DNA from: an uncultured bacterium
Lineage (GTDB): Bacteria > JAGOEH01
Direction: 5' to 3'
NCBI GenBank assembly: GCA_964632485.1
Contig: CAZWDO010000010.1
Coordinates: 62,001 to 126,000 of the forward strand
Length of the DNA stretch: 64,000 nt
Shown here: in pieces, positions 36,208 through 46,769 of the stretch
How the letters are laid out: the number at the start of each line of letters is the position of its first letter
Numbering within the stretch: position 1 is the first letter of the stretch
Program-made: the position numbers and the translations under genes
The notes under the pieces: model-generated
What the model saw: only the letters and a program-made list of their open reading frames with translations
What the model was told of the DNA's origin: nothing
The model's database searches: none

Positions 36208-38217
36208 TTATTTCTGATAGATCACTTCTGCCCGGCGATTCAGGATACGTCCCCAGGGCAAGCGTTCATCCACAATGGGTTGGTGGGGACCTACAGCTTT
36301 GATGGTGATCCGTTTGGCCGGCCAGCCCCGTTGGATTAATTCATCCCGGATAAATGCGGCTCGTTTAAGGGCCAGTCGCTGATTATAACCGGCATCGCCA
36401 ATCTCGTCGGTAAACCCATTGATCGTAATTGCCGGAGGATTGTCCTTGAGAAGAATTTTATAAATAGTATCGATTTTTTGTTTGTAAAGAGCGCTTTGAT
36501 TTTTGTATTCATCAAAATCAAATAAAAATACGCGAATCCGTTTTTCTTCCTCAATTTTTGCCTGATGACGCCGTATTGGGATGGAAGCTTTGATTTCTCC
36601 TTCTTTGCGCTTGGATGAATAAATCTGTCCATGAACGTATAGCGTATCGGTCAGCGCTGGCAGGTTATCCCCGGAGTTTCCCGGAAGAAAATCTTCCGTT
36701 TGGTTTGAGCGATTGAGTGTTGTTTCCCACAGTGGGGCGCGATTTTGGTCGGTTATTGAGATTTGAGCGCTGAGTTCTTCTTCATCCGTATGGAGCGCTA
36801 AATTCAAGGGCGTTTTAAATGATTGCAACAATTCGTAATCCAGATAGACCGGCGCCAGTTCCGTAGTTTGAAAAGCCAGTTTGACGGACGCGTTTTCCTG
36901 GGTAAGCAGGGGATTGTTTGTCGGGTTGATAGGTTCCCCCGGGGTTTGAGTGAGCCGTATTTGCTGATAGGGGATTGCCCATTTTTCGGTGAGGATATTA
37001 CGAACCCTGATAATGCGTCGCTGCCAGAGCAATGGGTCTGCTTCGCTGGAATCCTGAATCCCTTCCAAAATCAGTCGCTCGTTGGGATTATTAAGGAGAT
37101 GTTCGGCCACGGCTTTCAGGATAAATTGATTATAGGTATAAAAATAGGGATGACGAACGTAATAGGGGATTGTGTCAGGGGAGAACAAGGAATCGCTATT
37201 GAATTTGAAAAACATGATCGGGATGATGGGATTAATTTCGTTGACTTTGAGAATTTCTTCGACAACCAGGGAATCATGGGGAGTGAATGCTAATTCGTAG
37301 CGAGGTGGGGAAAAGGGAGGCAAAATTTTTGCGGGTTCCGGAGCAGAGGTAGGTGGCGGCCGAGTTCCAAAGGTATAACTAAGGAAGAATCCATGGTGCG
37401 AGATTCCCGGATTTGCTAATTCATTGCGGGGAAAATTGCCGTAATAATGGAGACTGATCGGAATTGCAACGCTGAGACGGAAGAGGCTCATTTGCCATTG
37501 CCAGTAAGTTCGGCTGATAAGTATCTCAATACCGGCCGAAATGGGTGTGAATTCGCTTCCCAGGGCGAAATACCATTCCGATTGGGTTTGCCAACCGATT
37601 GCAGGAATGAGTTGCCAGTTAGAAAGATTCTGGCGATACCGAATTTCACCTGATGTTTCCAAGGGCAAGGTATAGCTTTTATCAAACGAATAATCAGGCC
37701 GGTTGAATTGGTCGAAACTTAACCCTGCTTGGAACTGATGCCAGTTAAATGCTGTCGATCCACCGAGGATCAATGCGTGTAATGAGTTTTTTTCCAGTAC
37801 CGGGTCCCCGGCTTCATACTGATCCGGGGGGTATTTATAAGCGCTGTAACGGTAACCAATGTTGAGGGAATTGACCCAGCCGCGCCAATGATAGCCGCCA
37901 CTAACCCTGATCGTTCCCTCATTTTGAAATTTATGCTGCCATTGATAGTAATCCAGGCAAAATAAAATATTTTGCCTGGAATAGACCATGCCGATAATTT
38001 GCTGGTTAATGGATGATTCATACCCGGTGTAGAGCTGCTGAACTCCAATAAAAACGAGGGGGTGTTGGGTAAATCCCGCCGAAGGGTTGCGAATGCTTGC
38101 CAGGGGATGCAAGGGAACGGATTGGATAATTGGAATTTCCAATTGCGCCTGGCAAGGATCGGCTTCCCGGAGGACCAAAAAAAATAGAATGGCCCGGAGA
38201 TACAGCAATTTTTTCAT
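36208..38217 (-). CDS. PorP/SprF-like beta-barrel fused to tandem OmpA-like peptidoglycan-binding domains
   Basis: N-terminal NPSAG, DPVL, AGLSFDQFNRP.YSF; Pro-rich linker; degenerate OmpA-like domain (FFKFNSDSL...LEGIQD); canonical OmpA domain GFTDEIGDAGYNQRLALKRA...NRRAEV. Confidence 0.7.
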   Translation of the reverse strand: MKKLLYLRAILFFLVLREADPCQAQLEIPIIQSVPLHPLASIRNPSAGFTQHPLVFIGVQQLYTGYESSINQQIIGMVYSRQNILFCLDYYQWQHKFQNEGTIRVSGGYHWRGWVNSLNIGYRYSAYKYPPDQYEAGDPVLEKNSLHALILGGSTAFNWHQFQAGLSFDQFNRPDYSFDKSYTLPLETSGEIRYRQNLSNWQLIPAIGWQTQSEWYFALGSEFTPISAGIEILISRTYWQWQMSLFRLSVAIPISLHYYGNFPRNELANPGISHHGFFLSYTFGTRPPPTSAPEPAKILPPFSPPRYELAFTPHDSLVVEEILKVNEINPIIPIMFFKFNSDSLFSPDTIPYYVRHPYFYTYNQFILKAVAEHLLNNPNERLILEGIQDSSEADPLLWQRRIIRVRNILTEKWAIPYQQIRLTQTPGEPINPTNNPLLTQENASVKLAFQTTELAPVYLDYELLQSFKTPLNLALHTDEEELSAQISITDQNRAPLWETTLNRSNQTEDFLPGNSGDNLPALTDTLYVHGQIYSSKRKEGEIKASIPIRRHQAKIEEEKRIRVFLFDFDEYKNQSALYKQKIDTIYKILLKDNPPAITINGFTDEIGDAGYNQRLALKRAAFIRDELIQRGWPAKRITIKAVGPHQPIVDERLPWGRILNRRAEVIYQK

Positions 38218-39167
38218 TATTGTCCGGATTGTTTTTCAAAGTATCGGTACAATTCGCTTTTAGTTGATAGAATAAGCCAGTCACTGCCAGAAAAGGTACT
38301 CCTATAGGTTTCCAATGTTTTTATAAACCGATAGAAATCCCGCGATTCGGGACTTTGATTATAGATCCGCGCATAGATAGCCGTTGCTTTACCATCGGCT
38401 TCGCCAACAATTTCCTGTGCTGTACGGTAGGCTTCCGATTCGATGCGCTTCAGTTCACGCTCCTTGTCGCCCAAAATTTTAGCGGCTTGACCTTGTCCCT
38501 CGGAACGAAATTTGTCGGCAATCCGCTTACGTTCTGCGATCATGCGTTCATACACCTTTTGCCGGACCTCATCAACATAATCCAGCCGCTTGAAGCGTAA
38601 ATCCAGCAGTTCAATGCCAAGCTCCAGGGTGCGAGCTGCTGCGGCAGTCATAATTTCATTGCATATTACCTGCCGTCCGATGGAGATGGTCGGGAAAATA
38701 TCGCTTTCTTCTCCTGCTACGGTATCGGCATCAATTGCCGGTTTGCGGTTAGTGGAACGAATCAGCTCGACCAATTCGTGATTAGCGACCGCGTTACGGG
38801 TTTCTCCGTCGAGGATATCGTCCAGACGAGCATAAGCGCCGCGTTCATCCCGGACCCGTTGGAAAAAAAGCAGGGGATCGGCGATCCGCCATCGCGCATA
38901 CGAATCGACCCAGATGAAGCGTTTGTCCTTGGTCGGAAGCTGGTTAGCATCGCCATCCCATTCCAGGAACCGTTTGTCGAAAGTATGTAGGTCTTGAATG
39001 AAGGGCGCTTTTACATGGATTCCGGGATCGCCGATCGGATCACCGATCGGTTTGCCGAATTGAGTGATAATCACCTGTTCCATTTCATTTAAAATATAAA
39101 AGGAGGAATTCATTACAATCAGCCCCAAAAAAATTCCGATCCCAATGAGTATGTAAGATGTTTTCAT
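38217..39167 (-). CDS. hflC: FtsH protease modulator HflC
   Basis: VIITQFGKP, RWRIADPLLF, RMIAER...FRSEG, FYRFIKTLETY. Confidence 0.95.
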   Translation of the reverse strand: MKTSYILIGIGIFLGLIVMNSSFYILNEMEQVIITQFGKPIGDPIGDPGIHVKAPFIQDLHTFDKRFLEWDGDANQLPTKDKRFIWVDSYARWRIADPLLFFQRVRDERGAYARLDDILDGETRNAVANHELVELIRSTNRKPAIDADTVAGEESDIFPTISIGRQVICNEIMTAAAARTLELGIELLDLRFKRLDYVDEVRQKVYERMIAERKRIADKFRSEGQGQAAKILGDKERELKRIESEAYRTAQEIVGEADGKATAIYARIYNQSPESRDFYRFIKTLETYRSTFSGSDWLILSTKSELYRYFEKQSGQ

Positions 39168-40129
39168 GGTTGGCCTCCGGTTTTCTGGGCGTCCAGTGAA
39201 ATGAGCGGTAGAATTTGACTGCCCTTTTCATCAATAATCAATTTTCTGCCTATTTTGGAAAGAACCTCGCTCATGGTTTCCAGATAGAGGCGTTGCCGTG
39301 TCACTTCACGCGCTTTGATATATTCCTGGAACTGTGACTGGAAACGAGCGGCGTTCCCTTCAGCTTCATTGACCCGAGCCTGGGCATAGCCTTTGGCTTC
39401 TTCAATTATCCGCTGCGCATCGCCGACCGCTTTTGGAATCACTTTATTGTACTCCGACCGCGCCTGGTTGATCAGTTTCTCTTTTTCTTGTTGCGCTTCA
39501 TTCACTTCGTTAAATGAGGGCTTGACCTCATCGGGGGGATTGACATCCTGCAACACAACTTGTTCAACCTTGATGCCCGTTTCATACTGGTCGCATAGTT
39601 TCTGCAGATGTTCCTGCACAGTCGCGGAAATCTCCTGGCGTCCAATCGTTAATAATTCATTAACGGTTCGATCGCCGACTACCTGGCGCATCGAGGCTTC
39701 CGTAATATCGCGAAATGTTTCGATCGTATTCCGAACTTTAAACAGATATTTATAAGGATCATTGATGCGAAACTGCACAATCCACTCCACTTGAGCGGCA
39801 TTCAGGTCCCCGGTCAGCATCAGTGATTCGTCCCTATAATCATTCTGCGAATAGACCGAATTGATTCCCGCTTCAGTGGTACGGAATCCAAATTCCTCCT
39901 TCAATTGCCGTTCTACCGGCACCTTATAAACCGTTTCCACCCCCAGCGGAATTTTGAAGTTTAAACCCGGTTCGGCCAAACGAGTGTACTTGCCGAATCG
40001 TAACACGACACCGATCTCTTCCGGGCTTACTGTAAACCAGAAAGAGAATAAAAAAATAAAAATGATGATTGCCAGAATAACCATCACAATCAGTCGTCCG
40101 GCTTGTTGCACCGGAATAATGTTAGACAT
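39164..40129 (-). CDS. hflK: FtsH protease modulator HflK
   Basis: Start moved to ATG 40129 (RBS AAGGAGG); GVVLRFGK, MLTGDLN, QDVNPPDEV, VTRQRLYLETM. Confidence 0.95.
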   Translation of the reverse strand: MSNIIPVQQAGRLIVMVILAIIIFIFLFSFWFTVSPEEIGVVLRFGKYTRLAEPGLNFKIPLGVETVYKVPVERQLKEEFGFRTTEAGINSVYSQNDYRDESLMLTGDLNAAQVEWIVQFRINDPYKYLFKVRNTIETFRDITEASMRQVVGDRTVNELLTIGRQEISATVQEHLQKLCDQYETGIKVEQVVLQDVNPPDEVKPSFNEVNEAQQEKEKLINQARSEYNKVIPKAVGDAQRIIEEAKGYAQARVNEAEGNAARFQSQFQEYIKAREVTRQRLYLETMSEVLSKIGRKLIIDEKGSQILPLISLDAQKTGGQP

Positions 40130-40287
40130 AGGGCCTCCTTCAGCTTGAACAATTACTAGTAAGATATGAAAAAGATAAGGGAAAGTCAAGAAATTTAAAA
40201 AAAAAGCAAAAAGATATAAGGATGAAGTTGGCAGGTCCATTTTTTTTTTAAAATGGTTGGAATGATTCAATAAGGGGGGGATAACAA

Positions 40288-41709
40288 CTATTTTTTGCGA
40301 AGGAGTCCGCGGATTTCTTTAATTATCTCTTCAATTTGACCGAATTCCTTACGTCTCTCCCGAATTTTTAAAAGATAGGTCAGCGCGCGATTCGGTTTCT
40401 GTATAGCGAGGTATAATAAGCCCAATTCATAATAGGCATCCCATAAATCGGGCTTGAATTGGAGCGCCAACTCCATGAATTGAATCGCTTCCGGGTATTT
40501 CATAAAGGAAGCGTATGCTTTTCCGAGACTGAATAGTATTTCCGGATCTTCCGGATAAATAGTGACCAATTTTTCCCAGGTCTCTAAAATACGATTTAAA
40601 AAGGAACGGTCTTCTTGTGATAATTCTTCCAATACGTGAATATAATCTTTATAGATTTTTACCTGGGTGAGATGTTTCTCAAGAAGTATCTCATATTCTT
40701 GAGCGACTCGTTTTAGATTGGACTGGCCCCGGAAATAATCAATGAAATCAAAATGGGGTTGCAAAAAATCGGGTTGCCAGCGCCATATTTGCTGAGTGGC
40801 TTTTTCCATTTCATTGATGCGATCTGATTTCATTAACTCCTGAAAAAGCTGATATAGAGTTTGAATGGCTTCGCTTTTACGATTTAAGCGTATAAATAGT
40901 TCCGCTACGTTGAAGCCCATTTCGCAATGATCCGGTTTCAACTTGATAAAACGTTGTCCAATTGTCAATGCCGGCAATAGTTTATTTTGACTGAGCAATT
41001 GCTGATAAAGTTGAATCAGTTGTTCCGGTTGATCAATTTTAATTGATAATAAGCGGGTGACCTGTTCGATTCCGTCCAGATCATCCAATTGCACGAAGGC
41101 TTCCATTAATAGTAATAATGCGTTGAGTGATGTCCCTTCAGAAATAGGATGCCCGGGATGGACAAAAAGGCGAATAATTTTCGAGTATTGTTTTGTCTGG
41201 TTGTATAGGTCGGCCAATTTAAGCTGAAGCGATAGGCTATATTCAGACTCGAGGTATTCTTCCAGTATTTCTATCGCTTCGTCAATGCGGCCCAGTTTGA
41301 GTAAAATATTTTCCTTTACCAGCAATGTTCGTTCATAACTGGTTTTATCATTGATCTGGTTTACTAGTTGGTAGGCAAAGTTCACTGAAATCAGGGCGCT
41401 CTCGTATCGCTCCAGGTTGTAGAGCGCAATAGCCATGTTGTAGTAAGCGATGAGATACTCCTGGTCCTGTTCCAGCGCTTTTTCATAATAAGATACGGCG
41501 CGTTCATAGTCATTAAGCTGAGAGAGGGTCACGCCAATATTATTGAGGATTTTAGGCTGGTTTGGAATCTCTTTTGAGGCATTGATGAACGATTCCAAAG
41601 CCTTCTTAAAGGCCTTGTTGCGTAAGAATTCCTGACCTTCCTTAAAGTAGTGGCTGGTTTTAAGTAAGTGTTGCTCGGATAATATTTTATTTCTATTGAA
41701 TAAACTCAT
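40288..41709 (-). CDS. cytoplasmic TPR protein
   Basis: Several TPRs (ILNNIGVTL, AYYNMAIAL, AYYELGLLY); no signal peptide. Confidence 0.8.
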   Translation of the reverse strand: MSLFNRNKILSEQHLLKTSHYFKEGQEFLRNKAFKKALESFINASKEIPNQPKILNNIGVTLSQLNDYERAVSYYEKALEQDQEYLIAYYNMAIALYNLERYESALISVNFAYQLVNQINDKTSYERTLLVKENILLKLGRIDEAIEILEEYLESEYSLSLQLKLADLYNQTKQYSKIIRLFVHPGHPISEGTSLNALLLLMEAFVQLDDLDGIEQVTRLLSIKIDQPEQLIQLYQQLLSQNKLLPALTIGQRFIKLKPDHCEMGFNVAELFIRLNRKSEAIQTLYQLFQELMKSDRINEMEKATQQIWRWQPDFLQPHFDFIDYFRGQSNLKRVAQEYEILLEKHLTQVKIYKDYIHVLEELSQEDRSFLNRILETWEKLVTIYPEDPEILFSLGKAYASFMKYPEAIQFMELALQFKPDLWDAYYELGLLYLAIQKPNRALTYLLKIRERRKEFGQIEEIIKEIRGLLRKK

Positions 41710-42077
41710 TTTTTTTGAGCCTGAAAGATTTGATTGATTTTTGTCATCAGATGGTCAGAAGTGAAGGGTTTAACCAGGAATCCATTCGCTTTAAGCTGCG
41801 CCATGGTTAGAATATTTTCACGGGTTCCATAAGCGGAAATAATCAGTACTTTTTGATGTTCCCGTAATTGTCGGATTTCACGTAATGCATCGATTCCCGA
41901 TATTTCCGGCAGATTGATATCGAGTACTACCAGATCGAACACCTGGAGTAAAAAAAGAACGCGCCCTTCTTTCCAGTCATTGCATGTTTTCACTTCAAAA
42001 TCTGTATTTTCCATGATAATTTTTTTATAAATAAAGCGGATATAAAAATCGTCATCAACGAATAAAATTTGGCGCAT
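41706..42077 (-). CDS. single-domain response regulator (CheY-like)
   Basis: FVDDD, VLDINLPEISG, ISAY, VKPF. Confidence 0.92.
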   Translation of the reverse strand: MRQILFVDDDFYIRFIYKKIIMENTDFEVKTCNDWKEGRVLFLLQVFDLVVLDINLPEISGIDALREIRQLREHQKVLIISAYGTRENILTMAQLKANGFLVKPFTSDHLMTKINQIFQAQKK

Positions 42078-42078
42078 A

Positions 42079-43230
42079 TCAGAACGATTTCGCTTTCAGG
42101 TAGAATGTTATTGAAGTTCCCTTGTCCAGAGTGGATTCGATGCTGATGCTTCCGTTGTGTTTTTCAATGATGTTTTTAGCCAGAGTGAGATTTAAACCAT
42201 TCGCTTCTGAGGAGAAAATGGCGTTACGTCCACGGAAGAATGGGGTGAACACATTTGGCAGATCATCGGGATGAATGCCGATACCAGTATCCTCAATAGT
42301 GATGAAATAATAATTTTCCCATATCCGGTCGTTGATGCTAATTTTGCCGCCCTGGGGCGTATAGGTGATGGCATTGTCCAACAGATACTCAAAGGCGGTA
42401 GCAATTTCTTCGGGAATGCATTCGCAATGGACGTTTGGGAATTCAAAAATAATATCTATTTCCAGTTTTTTTTCAATGATAAAGCCGCTTTTATTTTCAA
42501 TGACTGGCTTGATTAACGCGGCAAGCGAAACAGTTTTAATCTTGCCGGGATCAATCGTATTTTGATTCAGTCTGCTAGTTTGATCCCGAATTTTTGTTAA
42601 TTCTTCTACCTGTTTGGAAATAAGTTCATAGTATTCATTAAGTTCTTGGAATTGGGGAGATTTCTGAACAATCTCCAGAGTATTTAAAATGACAGTCAGC
42701 GGAGTGGCGGAGTTTTGCGTGATAGTATTGAGAATCGTTTCGTTGCGCACATTGGCCAGTTGAAGCTGTCGATTCTGTTTTTTAAATTGGTCTAATAGAA
42801 AATTCAGCCGGTCGTTGAGTTCTTTAAGCTCTTTTCTCTCTTTGCTCTCCAAAACAAATCGCGTGATATTTGTGCCATTCATACTAATGCCAATTACTTC
42901 CCCTGATTCGTTTGTCAAAGGATTTAGAGTCGCGCCAAAATAGGCAATATCTCTATTGGGAGTGTGAACTTGTATCTCATCAATCCGCTTGGTTATTCCT
43001 TCCAGGACAGTCGGGAAAATAGTTTGGATCGCTTTGTTGAGTTGAGCGGGAAAAACTTCGCAAAAATGACGGTTCTCGAAATTTTGGGGATCGCGGAACA
43101 TATAGAGTTGCGGCGCTCGTTGGTTAGCCAGTATAATATTTCCTTCTATATCGAACAGCACTAATCCCGAATTGAGGCTGTCGAGAATGAATTTTCCGAT
43201 TGGAGAAAGAATCAAGGCTTTTGACTTCAT
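42079..43230 (-). CDS. PAS-containing histidine-kinase-like protein with degenerate H-box
   Basis: PAS; ITQNSATPL in place of SHELRTPL; LLDNAITY, EDTGIGI, FTPFFR, degenerate G2 box ANGLNL. Confidence 0.8.
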   Translation of the reverse strand: MKSKALILSPIGKFILDSLNSGLVLFDIEGNIILANQRAPQLYMFRDPQNFENRHFCEVFPAQLNKAIQTIFPTVLEGITKRIDEIQVHTPNRDIAYFGATLNPLTNESGEVIGISMNGTNITRFVLESKERKELKELNDRLNFLLDQFKKQNRQLQLANVRNETILNTITQNSATPLTVILNTLEIVQKSPQFQELNEYYELISKQVEELTKIRDQTSRLNQNTIDPGKIKTVSLAALIKPVIENKSGFIIEKKLEIDIIFEFPNVHCECIPEEIATAFEYLLDNAITYTPQGGKISINDRIWENYYFITIEDTGIGIHPDDLPNVFTPFFRGRNAIFSSEANGLNLTLAKNIIEKHNGSISIESTLDKGTSITFYLKAKSF

Positions 43231-43241
43231 GTTGGCTCCCT

Positions 43242-44387
43242 TTATTTTTTAGTGGGTTCAGCGCCCAGAATACGTTTGATATGTCGTAAGTGGGAATGTC
43301 TGTATTCATTATAATCCACGCTATCGGGATGAAGGGAATTGATATGGACGGAGGTGGCTTCATGGATATAACGGTAATCGCCGAGATAAAGTCCCACATG
43401 AGTGATCCGTTCGCGTTGGCGCTGTTTGTCGTAATGTCCGAAAAAGAGCAGATCGCCGGGCCGCGCATTGCGAAAATCGTCGGTAATTTCAATTTCTTCG
43501 CCCAGAAAAACCTGTTGGCTGGCATCCCGCGGCAAAAGGTAATTGTTGATTTTGAAGGCAAGCTGAACAAATCCGCTGCAATCCAGCATTTTTGACGAGG
43601 CTCCTCCCCATAGATAGGGAACGCCCATGAACTGCCGGGCGGTTTGGATTATATTATCAACCGCCGCAACGGTTTGGGTTTTCCATTGCTGGTAATCTTT
43701 TAACGATTTCGCGATCACATAGCCTTCCTGCCCGTCCGGTAGTTGGATGCGGACCCATTCGCCTTTCTCTTCCAGTGGTTTAACCAGCGCCGTCATCACT
43801 ATATCGCAGCAAGGCTGACTGCCCGCATCTGGTTTTTCGTAAATCAGTCCCCAGCGGTCCATATAAATGGCCAATCCTGATTGATCATAGTGATTATATT
43901 GGTTTTTGGTAATCCGTACTAGAGTGCCTTTTTCCACCCAACCCAGATATTGATCAGGAGTCTGTATGCGAAAATATCCGGCGGAATCCTTTAAAATCTT
44001 AACGGCAGTACCCATAATTGTTTGGTTTACCAGTTCGGTAGTAATGTCAGGTACTCCATGTATTGTAACAGTGGAGAGCTTTATAATACCATAGCAGGAA
44101 TCTCCCAGTGAAGGATGGGGCAGAAGCGCAGCATCGATTCGCCAGGGTTTCTTCTGCTTTTTTAATTGGGATTTCAGGTCTTCCAAAACCTCAGATTTGT
44201 CTGTTTCCCCTGTGATAACCAGCGTATCGCCGCGTTGAACATACTCCAGCGCATAGACCGAGGTCCGTTTGTCCGGCGCATGGCGGTATTTGAGATTATC
44301 GAGAAGAGTTTGGGTTGATGAATCTTCGGCGGCCCATATTCCCATAGCCAATACGGATATGAGGATTAGTGATTGTAATTTATGCAT
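43242..44387 (-). CDS. SH3b-NlpC/P60 peptidase (YkfC-like gamma-D-glutamyl peptidase)
   Basis: Signal peptide; two SH3-like repeats; PYLWGG...DCSGF, ITHVGLY..YIH. Confidence 0.88.
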   Translation of the reverse strand: MHKLQSLILISVLAMGIWAAEDSSTQTLLDNLKYRHAPDKRTSVYALEYVQRGDTLVITGETDKSEVLEDLKSQLKKQKKPWRIDAALLPHPSLGDSCYGIIKLSTVTIHGVPDITTELVNQTIMGTAVKILKDSAGYFRIQTPDQYLGWVEKGTLVRITKNQYNHYDQSGLAIYMDRWGLIYEKPDAGSQPCCDIVMTALVKPLEEKGEWVRIQLPDGQEGYVIAKSLKDYQQWKTQTVAAVDNIIQTARQFMGVPYLWGGASSKMLDCSGFVQLAFKINNYLLPRDASQQVFLGEEIEITDDFRNARPGDLLFFGHYDKQRQRERITHVGLYLGDYRYIHEATSVHINSLHPDSVDYNEYRHSHLRHIKRILGAEPTKK

Positions 44388-44402
44388 ATTTCCTCCTTAG
44401 TG

Positions 44403-45077
44403 TTATGATTTGATGATGGATTGCAAGGTACTAAAATTATGGATGGCGTACAAGGGTTGATAATTCATTAAATGTTCCTGCGCTGTATAGCCATATAGAC
44501 AGGCGATTTTATCGATGTTTAATCGTTGGGCCAGCTCCATGTCGGCGGTTCCGTCGCCCACAAATAAGGTTTCATCCCAACTGAGGCCAAACTGTGATTG
44601 CAGATGGAGCATCACTCCAGGTTCCGGTTTTAAAGAGAATTCTCCGGCGCCGATCGATTTTTTGGACCATTGGTCAAAATGATAATAGTGGCAAAGATAT
44701 TCGGTCATGTCGTGGGGTTTATTAGAGATAATAAAAATTTGCCAGCCGTTTTTTGACCAATCGGCAAGCAGTTCATTAACGCCCGGATATGGGCGGGTTT
44801 TTTGCGTCATGTTTTGACGGTAGGTCTCGAGAAATTCACGGTGGATTGGCTGTAGATTTTCGTTTTCCCAAGCAGTTTCATGGTTGAATTTTCTGAGACT
44901 TAGAGCGCGCTGGACAAGATTTATCGAACCTTCACCGATCAATTCTTTTACTTCTGTTTCGCTGAGTTCCTGGCAATGATATTTTTTGAGCACTGTGTTC
45001 AGACTGCCGGTCAGGTCCGGCAGGGTGTGGAGGAGAGTGCCGTCCAGATCAAATACTAAGTGACGCCATCGCGACAT
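44403..45077 (-). CDS. HAD hydrolase, phosphoglycolate phosphatase-like
   Basis: FDLDGTL, SNK, KPEP, VGDGTAD. Confidence 0.88.
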   Translation of the reverse strand: MSRWRHLVFDLDGTLLHTLPDLTGSLNTVLKKYHCQELSETEVKELIGEGSINLVQRALSLRKFNHETAWENENLQPIHREFLETYRQNMTQKTRPYPGVNELLADWSKNGWQIFIISNKPHDMTEYLCHYYHFDQWSKKSIGAGEFSLKPEPGVMLHLQSQFGLSWDETLFVGDGTADMELAQRLNIDKIACLYGYTAQEHLMNYQPLYAIHNFSTLQSIIKS

Positions 45078-45849
45078 GAGAACTCTCCTTTGGAATTGAA
45101 AATGCCGGGGATACCCGGTAATCAGAGATTCGATAATTAAAATGAACCTGATATGCGAGATTGAAAAACGCCAGTAACCGCGGAAAAGCCTTTTCCGATA
45201 TTTTACATTGGATGCTAGCGTCCGGAGTCATTTTTTCCAGACGTTGGAAAAATATCAGTTCATTATTCGTTAGTGAATAATCATAGGATTGAAAAAAAGA
45301 ACAGCGGTCGCATAAAATGGAAAAATCAGCGAAACATATTCGGGCGACCGAATTCAACGGGTGATGGCAGGAGGAACATAACTCATAATCGGCTCCCAAG
45401 CCGTTCAATCGTAAAAAATGGTAGAGGAAATAGAGATACACCCGATTGAGGTGGGAGGGAGTTCTGCCTTTGGCGATATTTTCAAATGTACCCTGGATCA
45501 AGTGAAAGAGTCGGGGTACCGCTTTGTTGTCGAATAATGTATGCATTAATAGGTGTCCGATGCGGCCCATCAGGGACATTTGCTCCAGTTCAACCAATTC
45601 TCCTCCGTAGGAAGAGTGTGTTTCGAATTCAGTCAAGGTTTGAACTTCACGCGTCTCTTTATAGGTTAGCGTCATTATTCCGGCATTAAAGGGTTCCAAT
45701 CTGCAGAAAAATTTATTTTTAGGACGTTTAGCGCCTTTAGCCAATAATGAGATTCGTCCCCACTCCCGGGTATAAGCTGAGATGATTTTACTGGTTTCCT
45801 GAAAATCAATGACGCGTAGCACAAGGGCTTCGGATTGTCGATATTCCAC
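45049..45849 (-). CDS. recO: DNA repair protein RecO
   Basis: GTG start 45849; ALVLRVIDFQETSKII..YTREWGRI..LAKGAKRPK, CSSC/CDRC Zn motif. Confidence 0.9.
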   Translation of the reverse strand: MEYRQSEALVLRVIDFQETSKIISAYTREWGRISLLAKGAKRPKNKFFCRLEPFNAGIMTLTYKETREVQTLTEFETHSSYGGELVELEQMSLMGRIGHLLMHTLFDNKAVPRLFHLIQGTFENIAKGRTPSHLNRVYLYFLYHFLRLNGLGADYELCSSCHHPLNSVARICFADFSILCDRCSFFQSYDYSLTNNELIFFQRLEKMTPDASIQCKISEKAFPRLLAFFNLAYQVHFNYRISDYRVSPAFSIPKESSHVAMASLSI

Positions 45850-46051
45850 TGTTGGTTTCCTGTAAATGCGGGTGATTCGAAGAGTACGGAATCTTCCATC
45901 CAATTGTGGTCAACCGTTATTAAACGATATTTTAACGGTTTTCTGTGAGGACCCTATATCGGGTGAATCAGGTGTAAATAAACAAATTTTAGGGTAAATG
46001 TCAATGCTTTTTTTAAAGGAATGGAATTTTTTCTGACTGGAGCGCCAGGGA

Positions 46052-46747
46052 TCATTCAATATGATGGTTTTTTTTAAAACTGTAATAAGCATGGGGATCG
46101 TTGCCGATGATAATATGGTCCAGGATTTGTAGATTCAACAGTTTTCCTGCCTCGATGATTTGTTGAGTCAGCCGGATATCCTCTTTAGAAGGATTTGTAT
46201 CGCCGGATGGATGATTATGGACGAGGATCATGGCAGCGGATTTTGACTGGAGGGCTTCGCGCATAATTTGCTGGATATCGACGATACTGGAAGTCAGGGT
46301 TCCTTTGTTGATTTCGATATCTTTTATGATGCGGTTGCGAATATTAAGGAGAATAATATAGAAATATTCCTGGGGCGCGTCGCGCAGGTAGGTCCCAATT
46401 TTTTTTTGCACATACTGGATCGCGTCTTCGGGGAAGTTGATGGCGGGAGTCATTTTAGTCTCCTCCCGGTAAAGCCGCCGGCCTAATTCGAAGGCGCTTT
46501 TGAGCTGAGCGATTTTAGCCGGCCCGATTCCCGGAATTTCCAGTAATTCTTCTATCGGCGCCTGTTCGAGAGCCCGCAATGAATGATATTTATTGAGGAT
46601 AGATCGCGCCAGTTCCTCAGCGCTCACCCCTCTTTCCCCGGTTCGGAGAATGATGGCGATTAGTTTAGCCAGCGCCAAGTTTTCAGCGCCGTTTGCCAAG
46701 AGCAGTTCACGCGGCCGCTCTTCTTCGACCCATTCTTTGATTCCCAT
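46052..46747 (-). CDS. radC: RadC (JAB domain) protein
   Basis: ERPRE, HhH GIGPAK, HNHPSGD.PS.ED, LDHIIIG. Confidence 0.95.
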   Translation of the reverse strand: MGIKEWVEEERPRELLLANGAENLALAKLIAIILRTGERGVSAEELARSILNKYHSLRALEQAPIEELLEIPGIGPAKIAQLKSAFELGRRLYREETKMTPAINFPEDAIQYVQKKIGTYLRDAPQEYFYIILLNIRNRIIKDIEINKGTLTSSIVDIQQIMREALQSKSAAMILVHNHPSGDTNPSKEDIRLTQQIIEAGKLLNLQILDHIIIGNDPHAYYSFKKNHHIE

Positions 46748-46769
46748 ATCTTCTCCTTTAAAAAAAGGC

